A DNA stretch of 64,000 nucleotides from an uncultured archaeon (GCA_964508365.1 CAZDTP010000018.1:113-64112), one strand, 5' to 3'; shown: positions 7,165 through 17,439, counted from the stretch's first letter. Notes: generated by a model from the sequence alone, not told the origin. Program-made: numbers and translations.

Positions 7165-9243
7165 ATGGAAATCTATAAAAAACATTTAAGTAAGTATTAT
7201 TCAGAACTGATCTTAATTAGCATAGTATTTCTCTTCTTTTTTCAGCAGATAACTGAATTCGTAGAGTCTATTTATCTATTAAATCTTATAGAAACAGATA
7301 TTAATGAAAATATAGCGGCGATATTATTTTTATTAACTCCGATAGTTTTACTGTTTTTTAAAAAGAAGTTTTCTAGTAAATTAATGGTAATCTTTGGGGA
7401 AATAATGATAATATGTAGGATTTTTCAGCCACTATTTGATACACAAATAAAAATGATAATTATTGGGGTAGGAGTTGGATCGTTTATGATTTTTTTGCCT
7501 GTATATCTTCAAAAAAAATCTTTGGAAAATAATGAAAAGGGTGGATTAATGTTAGGAGTTAGTTTAGGTTTCGGATTAGCACTTTCGATTATATTAAGAA
7601 CGCTTGGATCTTCAGTTGATTTATCTCTAACAGTCGGATTTCAATGGATAGGATGGATTCTTGCGGCTATAGCCGCAATAATGATGATAAACTTAGCAAA
7701 TCCCGATAGGATAACCGTTAATTCAGACAAAATAAGCAATACAGGAAAGATTGGAAGTAAATGGAAAATTTTAGCACTGTGTATGGGGTTATTTAGCGTT
7801 TTATTTTTGTACTATTTTGCGTTTAGTAGTCCAGCCGTTATTGTAAGATGGACAGAAGGAGATTTCGTAGGAATTACGTCCATTCTCATATTAGTAATAA
7901 CTGGTTTTATCATAATTGCTATTTTAAAGCCTGAGTTGATTAGTAAAATTCCTCTTAAATGTATTTTATTTTGGAATGGATTGTTTGTTTTAATGATGAC
8001 GCTGACTATCGGACTCAATCAAATTCCGTTTCCTTTTATTTCCTCATACCCCTTTTATGCTCCTGAAACAACTATATTTCATCAAATCGTTCTATACGTA
8101 ATGCTTTTACTCTCTCCGATTACGTTAATTGACGTTGTGATTTTAATAAGGGAATTATTTAGAAGTAGACCGTCAACTCGAAAAATGGGGGCAGCATTTT
8201 TTGCATCCGCGTTGTTTTTCATTCTTATGATTTTTTCGGCAGTATTTACCACTACTTGGGATTATATTCCGATTGTAGGTCCACTATTCGAAGACATGAT
8301 TTGGCTTGTATTATTAATCGGCGGAATAATAATAATTTTACCAATCCTTTTAGTCAAGAAAGAATCTTTGATTTTTTCGAAAATTTCGCGAAATAATATA
8401 AATAATAGGTATAAAAGCGTTATTATTATAGGAGTTATTGCTATAGGGACAATTCTGGGAGGGTTTATTGTTGAATTACCTAGGGTACAAGCCCCCACTG
8501 ACATTAATACTCTTTCGATTCTCACATATAATATTCAACAAGGTGCTGATGATCCTGGAAACATGAATCTTGAAGGTCAATGGGCGGTTATTAAGAATCT
8601 AAACCCGGACATCGTTGGTTTAGAAGAATCGGATACTGATCGAATCGCTAATGGAAATAATGATTATGTACGCTATATTAGTAATACTCTCGGATATTAC
8701 TCATATTTTGGACCCAAAACTGTTACTGGAACTTTTGGAATAGCGTTATTATCAAAATATCCTATTTTAAATGCTCGTACGTTTTATATGGAATGTGTAG
8801 AAGAACAAGCCGCAACAATTTGGGCTCAAATCGTCGTAGGTCCGAATACCTTCAATATTTTTGTCACTCACCTTGGAAATTATAGAAATACAACTAAAGG
8901 AGATAGAACGCAAATAGTCCAGCAAGAAAATATTTTAACAATAACTGCCGGAAAAGAAAATGTAATCTTAATGGGTGATTTTAATTTTGACCCCAATTCA
9001 GAACAATATAATATTACTATTGCACAACTATATGATTCTTGGGAATTAGTATCTGATGCTAATCCTGCAAACGCCATAGTCGATCCTATTATGCCCGGTG
9101 AACGTGTAATTCCAGAAGAAAGAATAGACCACATTTTTGTGTCTCACCATTTGAATGAATCAGTGATATATATTCGTTATACTGGGGGATTTGAGTCTGA
9201 CCATCCCGCTTTATATGCGAATTTAGATCTAACAAGTATTTAA
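7165..9243 (+). CDS. Polytopic membrane domain fused to a C-terminal endonuclease/exonuclease/phosphatase (EEP) domain
   Basis: About 440 aa with more than 10 hydrophobic helices. EEP motifs follow: LTYNIQQG, IVGLEE, LMGDFNF, DHIFVS, SDHPA. Confidence 0.7.
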   Translation: MEIYKKHLSKYYSELILISIVFLFFFQQITEFVESIYLLNLIETDINENIAAILFLLTPIVLLFFKKKFSSKLMVIFGEIMIICRIFQPLFDTQIKMIIIGVGVGSFMIFLPVYLQKKSLENNEKGGLMLGVSLGFGLALSIILRTLGSSVDLSLTVGFQWIGWILAAIAAIMMINLANPDRITVNSDKISNTGKIGSKWKILALCMGLFSVLFLYYFAFSSPAVIVRWTEGDFVGITSILILVITGFIIIAILKPELISKIPLKCILFWNGLFVLMMTLTIGLNQIPFPFISSYPFYAPETTIFHQIVLYVMLLLSPITLIDVVILIRELFRSRPSTRKMGAAFFASALFFILMIFSAVFTTTWDYIPIVGPLFEDMIWLVLLIGGIIIILPILLVKKESLIFSKISRNNINNRYKSVIIIGVIAIGTILGGFIVELPRVQAPTDINTLSILTYNIQQGADDPGNMNLEGQWAVIKNLNPDIVGLEESDTDRIANGNNDYVRYISNTLGYYSYFGPKTVTGTFGIALLSKYPILNARTFYMECVEEQAATIWAQIVVGPNTFNIFVTHLGNYRNTTKGDRTQIVQQENILTITAGKENVILMGDFNFDPNSEQYNITIAQLYDSWELVSDANPANAIVDPIMPGERVIPEERIDHIFVSHHLNESVIYIRYTGGFESDHPALYANLDLTSI

Positions 9244-9547
9244 AAATATCTTTTTTTTTTTTTAATTTAATTCTAAAAAAAACTTATACTTCAACTAATG
9301 AAATATAAACTCTCAATAATTTTATTGCTCGATTTTTGATATAAAATCAATTTCTTTCTTTTTCTCTTTTAATTAGTAGCTTTTCTAACATTTCTCTCCT
9401 AAAAAATTAGGCGTGGAAGGATATTAATTCAGCTAATATTGAAAATCAGTTATGTTAAAAAATAAAAATAAAAATAAAAATAATGATAAAATAAAAAAAA
9501 AAATGAAATATTTTATTCCATTACATCTAATGCTTATTTTTTAGACT

Positions 9548-10579
9548 TTAAATATATCTTTGGCTTATATTTGTTTGAAAATATTGTTCTTGCCGATCAG
9601 AATTGCTGCTTCCTCCTCTTTTTGAAACGATATAAAACTGAACTAACGAATTTTCGTGGACTAGGGTGTTGCCTCTCCATTTTTTATCCTGCGACTCAAA
9701 TTCGACCACTTCACCAAGTCCTATACCTTTTCTTTCGGAAAAATTCAACTTTAAACTTTGTAATGCCTTTATCAGGTGCTTATCGTATTGACTTGACCCT
9801 TCCTTATAGGATTTATCTTTAAATCTCAGCGATTCGATCGCAAAGGCTTTAAGGATGTCGTTGTTCATTGTTTCCCATACTTTAGGATTTGCGTAAAACT
9901 CTATACCAATAAACTCACCGTTGATAAAGGTTGCTATTCCGCATTGATTTTCTTGATTTTTAAAAGAATTCACTATCTCGTCTGTTTCTTTATCAATATT
10001 TTCTGTCATTTCAAGATAGCTTTGAGATGGGGCAATTGTATTGCTATATTTCATTTCAGTTCTATAAGCTTGGATTTCGTTCCAAACTGAACCCTGACCT
10101 GCCGAAGATATCGCTTCGTAGGCAACATTAGGATGTAATCTTGTATTAGAAGATTTAAATCCTTTTCCTTTTCGATAATTCCATCTCGACTGTTCGACGC
10201 ACTTAGCTGGAACGGTATATTTTTGTTCCATAGGACCGTTATTGCCACCAGATAAGTTTTTTTTTCCTCCAACAGCCAATAGGATTGGTTCCCATATTGT
10301 TCTATCTTGTTTTCCGCCATGGACTGTTACGCCGAAAGGGATCAACACTTGTTTATCGCTATTATTAATTACCTCTAATTGACTAACGGTATCTGTTTCA
10401 TTTATACTTATTAAGCCAAGGTCTTCAGCTTCTTTAACGCTAATAAAATCTAAGGTTTTACCCTTATAGATAATCGGGATAACTGTCATATTACCATGAG
10501 ATTGAGGTTTTCCAAGTTCTAAAATTTCTAAAGGATTCTCAAACAGCATTTCTACCATTTGAACACTTACATTTTTCAT
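9548..10579 (-). CDS. Conserved hypothetical protein (343 aa)
   Basis: Long clean ORF. Its start overlaps the stop of the upstream wHTH gene by 4 nt (ATGA). No motif I can name with confidence. Confidence 0.55.
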   Translation of the reverse strand: MKNVSVQMVEMLFENPLEILELGKPQSHGNMTVIPIIYKGKTLDFISVKEAEDLGLISINETDTVSQLEVINNSDKQVLIPFGVTVHGGKQDRTIWEPILLAVGGKKNLSGGNNGPMEQKYTVPAKCVEQSRWNYRKGKGFKSSNTRLHPNVAYEAISSAGQGSVWNEIQAYRTEMKYSNTIAPSQSYLEMTENIDKETDEIVNSFKNQENQCGIATFINGEFIGIEFYANPKVWETMNNDILKAFAIESLRFKDKSYKEGSSQYDKHLIKALQSLKLNFSERKGIGLGEVVEFESQDKKWRGNTLVHENSLVQFYIVSKRGGSSNSDRQEQYFQTNISQRYI

Positions 10580-11004
10580 AATTTACTTTCCTCCTTTTTT
10601 TTCTTATTAACACTTTCTTCTTTATGCTCTTTTTCCACCATTACTTCTTCGTAAAGGGGGTCTACAAATTGGTTTACGACGTCTTTACCGTTTTTAGTAA
10701 GTTCGACGCCATAGGAGATTTTTAATTTTCCTTCCTTGGTCACTTTGTTAACTATTGCTCCTTTCAATTTTGAGGCTTCCTCCTGAGAAACTTCCATTTT
10801 CTGCGTTTTGATTATTCCCCCTCTCTTTAAGGCGCTTATGTGATAATTAATGTTTTGACGGTCAACTTCTAATTTATTTGCTAAGTCTATTGGTCTTTGT
10901 GAGTTTGTAGATAACTCTCTTACTATATCAACCCTCGTGGGATTTCGAAACACAAGACCGACCTTTTCGAAAATAGGTTTTTTTTTTTCTTTCTTTTCAG
11001 GCAT
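10576..11004 (-). CDS. Winged helix-turn-helix (ArsR-like) transcriptional regulator
   Basis: RVDIVRELSTNSQRPIDLANKLEVDRQNINYHISALKRGGIIKTQ is a typical ArsR/wHTH recognition region. Lysine/glutamate-rich tails. Confidence 0.6.
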   Translation of the reverse strand: MPEKKEKKKPIFEKVGLVFRNPTRVDIVRELSTNSQRPIDLANKLEVDRQNINYHISALKRGGIIKTQKMEVSQEEASKLKGAIVNKVTKEGKLKISYGVELTKNGKDVVNQFVDPLYEEVMVEKEHKEESVNKKKKEESKL

Positions 11005-11188
11005 AAAATGATCACATTTTTTTTACTGTAAAAACTATTTTTACTATAAAAACAATTATTACTTTTCCTATTTAAATATATGCGTTGAATTTAGTTTCTT
11101 CTTAAGTTAAAATAGAATGCTATTAAGCAAAAAGGAAGAGTTTTAGGCGTCCTTGGCAAGAAGACTAATTATTAATTAAAATAGTAGG

Positions 11189-11410
11189 TTAAATTTTGAT
11201 GCTAACTTGTTCTTGAGTTAAAAATTTCGAAGGATTTAAACTTCTTCTTGGGGAAGCTAAGGTTGTTTCTCGTAATTGTTCTTGATTTGCTTCAATTTTG
11301 AAATTTGCTCTTTTTAAAAATAGGTTCACAATGTTTAATTCGTTTAATGTTAATGTTAAAGATTGTAGAAATTTAGGATGACGAAAATTGTTCCAGTCGA
11401 TATTACCCAT
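11189..11410 (-). CDS. Hypothetical 73-aa ORF
   Basis: The only ORF in a 612-bp spacer. No motif, so it may be non-coding. Confidence 0.2.
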   Translation of the reverse strand: MGNIDWNNFRHPKFLQSLTLTLNELNIVNLFLKRANFKIEANQEQLRETTLASPRRSLNPSKFLTQEQVSIKI

Positions 11411-11616
11411 AATACTATTGTTGTGATCTGTTTAAGATATAAATACAAAGACTATGAGAGTTTTCTATTATTTTTACCGAAAAGAACATAAATATCTTAT
11501 TTCGAATAATTTAACTTAATTCAAACTTTTTCTAGCGCAGTTAGTTACCCTTTATCATATCAATCTCGTAAAGTTGTTTTTATAGATTAAATCTTTAAAA
11601 ATCCACAAAGGTTTGC

Positions 11617-13095
11617 ATGAAAATGGAAAGTGATAACATAATCGATGTATTTTTACACCCTAAGTCCGTAGCTGTTATTGGCGCTTCAAAAAAATTAACA
11701 AAAGGCGGATTCCGGATTGCTACCAACCTTATTACTAACAATTTCAAAGGTAGAGTTCATCTTGTAAACCCTAATGCGAAAGGAAAGCTCTACGATATAG
11801 ATTTTAAAAGGAGTATTTTAGAAATCGAGGACGAAGTTGACATTGCAATCTTTTACGTTCCAAATCGACTTATTCCAGACATCTTAAGGGATTGCGTGAA
11901 AAAAGGAGTAAAAGGAGCGATAATAGAAGCATCGGGTTTCGAAGAAGTAGGAGAGAAAGGTCTTCAATTAAAAGAAAAAATAGTTGAGATAACAGACAAT
12001 TTTACTAAATTAAGGATTGTTGGTCCTAATTGTATGGGTCTTAGCACCATCAATGGAGACAGCGATAGTAAAGAAAAGGAAGGTTTTTTTTCTGGATTTG
12101 GTGTTTTTTCTACCTATAAGAGAGGTAATATTGCGTTAATTAGCCAATCTGGGATGCTAAATGGCGGTTATTTAATGCATATAATGACAAAATATCCGAA
12201 TCTAGGATTTCGATATGCTTGTTCAATCGGAAACAAGATGGATTTGAGTGAAATTGAATTTCTGGAATATCTAATAAAAGACGATACTGTAAATGTTATA
12301 GCAATATACCTAGAATCGTTTAAAGACTCAAGAAAATTTATTGAACTATGCAAAAAAGCTAGGTCTATGCCAGATAAGACTATTATTCTGCTTAGAGGGG
12401 GAATTACGCCTCAAGGTCAAAAAGCAACTAGAAGCCACACAGGTTCTTTAGCAGAAAATTCAAATTTAATTAACGGGATCGTAAAACAATCAGGAGTAAT
12501 CAATGCCAACAATTTTTACGAGTTATTTCAATATGCGCGCACCTTCTCGTTAATGTACTTGTCAGGTAAAGAGCTCCCTAAAAAGGGTAACGCTTCATTT
12601 GTAGCGGGCTCCGGAGGTGCAGGAACGATTACAACGGATCTTACGGTGAAATATGGTTTAAAATTTCCTGTTCTTGGTGAGAAAACCTACGCTGCTCTAG
12701 TTGAAGTGTTTCCCGAGTGGATGCCTCCAAACAACTTTGCGTTTGTGGATATATGGCCTGCAATGGAAAAAGCGATGATGAATAATGTAAAACCCGAGGT
12801 TGTAACATCTCAAGTGTATGAAGCTTTATTTAAAGATCCCAACATTGAAGGTATCTTCACCATGATGTTTTGCTCTCGGCAATTTAGATTTATGAATAAT
12901 GTGGACGATATCATAGCCAACGCAAAACAATCATCAAAACCAATATTTTTTTGGTTAATTGGTGAGGCAAAGGAAGTTGAGAGAGTCTCCCAAAAATTAG
13001 CTGTGCATCATCTACCTAATTTTCCCAGCTTAGAAGAGATGGTTAAAAATTTCAGTATTTTAGTACAGAAATCAAAGAATATGAATGTGTCTTAA
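11617..13095 (+). CDS. ADP-forming acyl/acetyl-CoA synthetase alpha-type protein (CoA-binding plus SCS-like flavodoxin domains)
   Basis: FLHPKSVAVIGASKK..VNP CoA-binding start. GPNCMG, ISQSG and a phosphohistidine-loop-like SHTGSLA. Confidence 0.7.
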   Translation: MKMESDNIIDVFLHPKSVAVIGASKKLTKGGFRIATNLITNNFKGRVHLVNPNAKGKLYDIDFKRSILEIEDEVDIAIFYVPNRLIPDILRDCVKKGVKGAIIEASGFEEVGEKGLQLKEKIVEITDNFTKLRIVGPNCMGLSTINGDSDSKEKEGFFSGFGVFSTYKRGNIALISQSGMLNGGYLMHIMTKYPNLGFRYACSIGNKMDLSEIEFLEYLIKDDTVNVIAIYLESFKDSRKFIELCKKARSMPDKTIILLRGGITPQGQKATRSHTGSLAENSNLINGIVKQSGVINANNFYELFQYARTFSLMYLSGKELPKKGNASFVAGSGGAGTITTDLTVKYGLKFPVLGEKTYAALVEVFPEWMPPNNFAFVDIWPAMEKAMMNNVKPEVVTSQVYEALFKDPNIEGIFTMMFCSRQFRFMNNVDDIIANAKQSSKPIFFWLIGEAKEVERVSQKLAVHHLPNFPSLEEMVKNFSILVQKSKNMNVS

Positions 13096-13191
13096 CTTTC
13101 GTGAGTAAAGCAAAAATCAAAATTCATAATTTTAAAAAAAAAGGGGATCTCCGCTTCAATATTATTAGTTAAAATGACTGAGATATGTAAT

Positions 13192-13902
13192 CTAAAATCT
13201 TATTTTATATTTTTGTAGCTTCCAAGCTCCGTATCCTTGAATCAAAAAGCAGAGTAAAAAGGAATATTGAGATATTTTTTGCATGGAAGCTTGTAATATT
13301 AGCCCATCTAAAGTGATAGATTTAGGTATACTTATTAAGACAATAGTGTAAGCAATTCCGACGATTAGCAGGGCAATATAAACGAAGGCATACCGGTTAG
13401 GATAATCCTTGTTGTAAAAAACTGCGATAGTAAAAAATATAATTCCTAAAACGCCGGTAACATTGAACAAATTGGCGAAAATTAGATGAGTTTTTCCAAA
13501 GATGTCCCAGGGAGTGAGAATCGTACCGATCATAAAAATTATTGAACTAAGACAAACTAACGAGCCAATTCTTACTACTAAGTATAACTTTCGATCGCTT
13601 TTGAAAAACGAAGTAATTGCAAAAGCGAAAGGTATAAACGAGGCACTTAGAATTAACGCAGTAATCGTAAATATTACGAACGAAATATTGTTAGGAGCAC
13701 CTGAAAGTGCGATAACTCGACCTAAATCGCTAAAAAAATTACCCCAAAAATAATATCCTGGACTTAAGGGATTGAAAAGGGTTCCCCCGGCGTAAAACAG
13801 CATAGCTACTGCGGTTAGAATAATATATTGAGCGGGACCGAATACTATGAACAGTGAAGCAAATATTTTCCAATTTTTATGTATCTTCATTAACACCACC
13901 AA
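13192..13902 (-). CDS. Polytopic membrane protein, hypothetical
   Basis: Six to seven hydrophobic helices, no catalytic motif recognised. Confidence 0.55.
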   Translation of the reverse strand: MVVLMKIHKNWKIFASLFIVFGPAQYIILTAVAMLFYAGGTLFNPLSPGYYFWGNFFSDLGRVIALSGAPNNISFVIFTITALILSASFIPFAFAITSFFKSDRKLYLVVRIGSLVCLSSIIFMIGTILTPWDIFGKTHLIFANLFNVTGVLGIIFFTIAVFYNKDYPNRYAFVYIALLIVGIAYTIVLISIPKSITLDGLILQASMQKISQYSFLLCFLIQGYGAWKLQKYKIRF

Positions 13903-14043
13903 ATGGTTTAACTACTTATATTTTTGAATTTATCTTTTTAAAGCTCGAAAATTATCCAGAGAACGTAAAAAAAAATCAAGAAAAAAATGTTAGTTCTAAA
14001 TAAGCATTCAGAGGAACTTCAATTTAGACCGTAAAAAGCACTA

Positions 14044-14856
14044 TTATCTAGCATATTTAGGTTTCGTTATGAATCCTATAAACATAAGTAGGTTTACTCC
14101 TATATCGATAATTTCAGCGATTGTACTAAAATAAAGATTGGTAGAAATGAGAATCGTCCTGAGTAAATTTGAAGCTATAAAGCAGATAAATGCTATTCCG
14201 ATTATTAACCCGTTTGCCTGAGAGAGTCGCTTATTTTTGTACATAAATAAAAACATAAACGCAATGGCAATAAAGCTGATAATTGTCATGAAAGGAAAAA
14301 CTAGATTGAGGAAATCTAAGCTTGGGGCTAAAACTATTACTGATATGGTTATCAAAACAAAAATTAAAATGATCCTTAACCTAAGCTTGTTAAATTGCTT
14401 TTTCTTCATCTCTTTATTCTTGTTCATATTAATGTATACAAGAATCGCATCTAAACCAATATACAATATTGGCATCAAATTTGCGATTATTATAAAAAAT
14501 CTGATTTTTACCAACATTAGAATGAACCCCGTATCAAATAAGCCTGATATTACCGCAGAATTATAGAAAACATCGTAAACCTTCGCCCATGTAAATATTC
14601 CAAAAAACGATCCAAATAAGAAGTAGGCATCTGAAATATAAATGGCTTCTTGCTTTAACCATTTACGATAGAGAAAGAACGACATAATACCTAAGATTAC
14701 AATTCTACTCGTTATCGCAATTAAACCAATATCATTATCAAATATAGTGGCCGCCAAAATTGGCCCGTAGAAAGAAAACAACAAGACGAAGGCTACGATT
14801 AAAGCAAGATTTATAGTTAGAACGCTGCACAGGAACTTCTTCTTTTTATCTTCCAT
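14044..14856 (-). CDS. Polytopic membrane protein, hypothetical
   Basis: Seven to eight hydrophobic helices, no catalytic motif recognised. Confidence 0.55.
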   Translation of the reverse strand: MEDKKKKFLCSVLTINLALIVAFVLLFSFYGPILAATIFDNDIGLIAITSRIVILGIMSFFLYRKWLKQEAIYISDAYFLFGSFFGIFTWAKVYDVFYNSAVISGLFDTGFILMLVKIRFFIIIANLMPILYIGLDAILVYINMNKNKEMKKKQFNKLRLRIILIFVLITISVIVLAPSLDFLNLVFPFMTIISFIAIAFMFLFMYKNKRLSQANGLIIGIAFICFIASNLLRTILISTNLYFSTIAEIIDIGVNLLMFIGFITKPKYAR

Positions 14857-14899
14857 TATTAAATCCCTTTTTTTTAATTGAAAACTGCATCAATTTTCA

Positions 14900-15235
14900 A
14901 TGTATTTTGAAATAACAATTTATTCTAATCATTATTTTGCAAATTGGTTTTATAAACCCTCTTCTTTTTTAATTAATACAAAACTTAATTTTAAAGAAGA
15001 AATAACAAAGATATTGCTTAAGATTTTTAACCTCGAAAGTAAATCCAAATACATCGAACTTGATTTTAATATAGAAAAAGCAGAAAACACTGAAAAAAAC
15101 GGCGATTTAATCAATAGCATCAATTATTACCAACAAGCGTTAAAAATTCTCGATGGATTCAAAGTGTACAATGTCATAGACTCCAGAATAAGAAAATTCA
15201 AAAAAAAAATCCAAAAACTCAGAGAAGAAATATAA
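14900..15235 (+). CDS. Hypothetical protein with a C-terminal MIT/TPR-like helical hairpin
   Basis: KAENTEKNGDLINSINYYQQALKIL resembles the A-x3-G-x3-A-x2-Y-Y-x2-A-l pattern of MIT/TPR helices. This is weak evidence. Confidence 0.35.
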   Translation: MYFEITIYSNHYFANWFYKPSSFLINTKLNFKEEITKILLKIFNLESKSKYIELDFNIEKAENTEKNGDLINSINYYQQALKILDGFKVYNVIDSRIRKFKKKIQKLREEI

Positions 15236-15458
15236 ATACACTCGCCATCTAGAAAAACTTTAAATTGTTTGCCTTTCAAAGACTCCTATAAGATTTTAAT
15301 TGGCTTTTTAGGAGCATAACAGGTAAAGGGCACAACTTATACGACTTTTTTGTAAAACGCTATAAAATGCCTGATATTAAGAATATTTTTTTACATGTTA
15401 ATATTACACAATTCAATATCATAAATTATGTTTTTAATTTAGATTAGCACAGTTAACC

Positions 15459-15974
15459 TTGATTACGATGAAAACTGTAAAAGTTATTGTGTCAGGAGAC
15501 GGAAGAGTAGGAAAAACCTCGTTTTTAAACCGACTCGTCCACAATAGCTTTGATGAAGATAGAGAATTAACCAAAGGTGTTGATTTTTATTCGAAAAACA
15601 TCACGGTCAATGGGATTGAATTTAATTTTATTATGTGGGACTTTGCTGGCCAAGCTCAGTTTAGAAAACTTCTAAATGATTTTGTTGAGGGTTCTATCGC
15701 AGCTGTTATTCTTTTTGACTTAACACGGATTAATACCATTGAAAATGTGTACGATTGGATAAAAACTTTTGAAGCTTTTGGAAACCTTCCTATCTTATTA
15801 ATAGGAACAAAAAGTGATCTTATTCCGTCATCTGATAACCAGGCAATAGACAATTACATCCATGATATTGTAAACGAGTACGAAAATATTATAACTTACC
15901 TTAAAATATCTTCAAAGACGGGAGAAAATATAAAAAACGCTTTTGAAATCTTAATTGGTAATCTATGCCTTTAA
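15459..15974 (+). CDS. Ras/Rab-like small GTPase
   Basis: G1 GDGRVGKTS, G3 WDFAGQ, G4 GTKSDL, G5 SSKTG. The start could be ATG 15468 (MKTVKV...). Confidence 0.8.
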   Translation: MITMKTVKVIVSGDGRVGKTSFLNRLVHNSFDEDRELTKGVDFYSKNITVNGIEFNFIMWDFAGQAQFRKLLNDFVEGSIAAVILFDLTRINTIENVYDWIKTFEAFGNLPILLIGTKSDLIPSSDNQAIDNYIHDIVNEYENIITYLKISSKTGENIKNAFEILIGNLCL

Positions 15975-15999
15975 TTAGATGTGAGACCATATTCATACT

Positions 16000-17034
16000 C
16001 TAAATTTTCTCAACCCATCCAAATTCGTCTTCTATATCCAAACGCTGAATGCCAGTGAGCATTTCGTATCCCTTTCGAGTAATCTCTCCCGGTTCCCCTT
16101 CGCTAAAAATCCGCTTTTTTTCCTCGAGAACAATTGATTTAATTGGAGTAATAACAGCAGCAGTTCCCGCGCAAAAAGCTTCGGTACAAGATACTTCAAA
16201 AAGCTCTTTGTAAGAAATGTCTCTTTCTTCTATTACCATTCCAATTTTTTTTGAAGCTAACTCTAAAATTGATTTTCGTGTAATTCCCGGTAAAATTGTG
16301 CCAGCAGTTTTCGGAGTTACTAAGACACCGTCAATTACAGCAAAGAAGTTTGCAGTTCCAACCTCATCAATATATTCTTTATGAACAGCGTCTAAAAAAA
16401 TAACTTGCGCAAAACCTTTTTCCTTAGTTTCCTTGGCGGGTAACATGGAACCTGCGTAATTGCAACACGTTTTGCTCGAGCCCGTTCCACCTGGAGCCGC
16501 TCTTGTGTATTTCTTCGTGATTTCTAAATCAATACCTTTAAATCCTTCTGGAAAATAAGGGCCTACCGGGACGGTAAAGATTATCATTTTATACTCCTTC
16601 GCAGGTTTTACTCCAACTACAGGACCCGTTCCAATCATTATAGGGCGAATGTAAAGAGCTCCACCACTATCATAAGGTGGTATATAATCCTCATTAGCCC
16701 TTACTACTTTTTTAACGGCAGAAACAAAGCTATTTACGTCATATTTGGGCATGAGCAATCTACTAGCACTATCGTTGAATCTCTTTGCGTTCTCCTTTGG
16801 TCTAAAGAGAACGTGATCGCCCTTTTTCGTCTTTAATGCTTTCATCCCTTCGAAAATTCCTTGTCCATAGTTTAATATGCACGCTGCAGGTGAAATCTCG
16901 AAGTTACCAAACGGTACTAATGTACCTTCTTCCCATCTCTCGTCTTTGTAATTTGATACAAACATGGTCTTCGTTTCAATAAATTCGAATCCTAGAGAGT
17001 AGTAATCTATATCTTTGGCATCCATAAATATCAT
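16000..17034 (-). CDS. ilvE: Branched-chain amino acid aminotransferase (fold type IV)
   Basis: FEGMKA, YIRP, SSKTCCNYA, GITR and a BCAT-like length. Confidence 0.8.
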   Translation of the reverse strand: MIFMDAKDIDYYSLGFEFIETKTMFVSNYKDERWEEGTLVPFGNFEISPAACILNYGQGIFEGMKALKTKKGDHVLFRPKENAKRFNDSASRLLMPKYDVNSFVSAVKKVVRANEDYIPPYDSGGALYIRPIMIGTGPVVGVKPAKEYKMIIFTVPVGPYFPEGFKGIDLEITKKYTRAAPGGTGSSKTCCNYAGSMLPAKETKEKGFAQVIFLDAVHKEYIDEVGTANFFAVIDGVLVTPKTAGTILPGITRKSILELASKKIGMVIEERDISYKELFEVSCTEAFCAGTAAVITPIKSIVLEEKKRIFSEGEPGEITRKGYEMLTGIQRLDIEDEFGWVEKI

Positions 17035-17439
17035 ATTCTAGTTAATTTTATCAGAATTATTTAATGATTTGTTTCCTAAAAAATCTTATTGATAAACCGA
17101 GATCGTCCTAATTGTTGGTTTATGTGTGAAAATCTAAAAAATCAATAAATTAACCGAGATTTAAATAAGGAACGAGTTACACGATTTTCAAAGCGTATTG
17201 CTAAGAAACTTATTCTAAGAACATGGAGAATAGAAATCGTGGCATTTTTTTTCGAAAAAGAAAATGAGCGTTAGGTAAGTTACAATCATCTCTATTTCCC
17301 TAACTTTCACTACTCATTGAATAAATTAACGCAATATATTAAAGATCTGTAAGGGATTGAAAATTATTTTTGTTACTGAGAAAGATAGGTCTATTTAAAC
17401 AAACAAAACATTTTTCTGAAGGATAATGTTACTTTATCT

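Noticed and set aside
9455-9512. Periodic AAAAAT/AAAATA tract (aaaaataaaaataaaaataaaaataatgataaaataaaaaaaaaaa), considered as a CRISPR or tandem-repeat candidate
   Set aside because: It is simple low-complexity A-rich sequence between convergent genes. It has no spacer-like unique segments and no repeats of CRISPR length.
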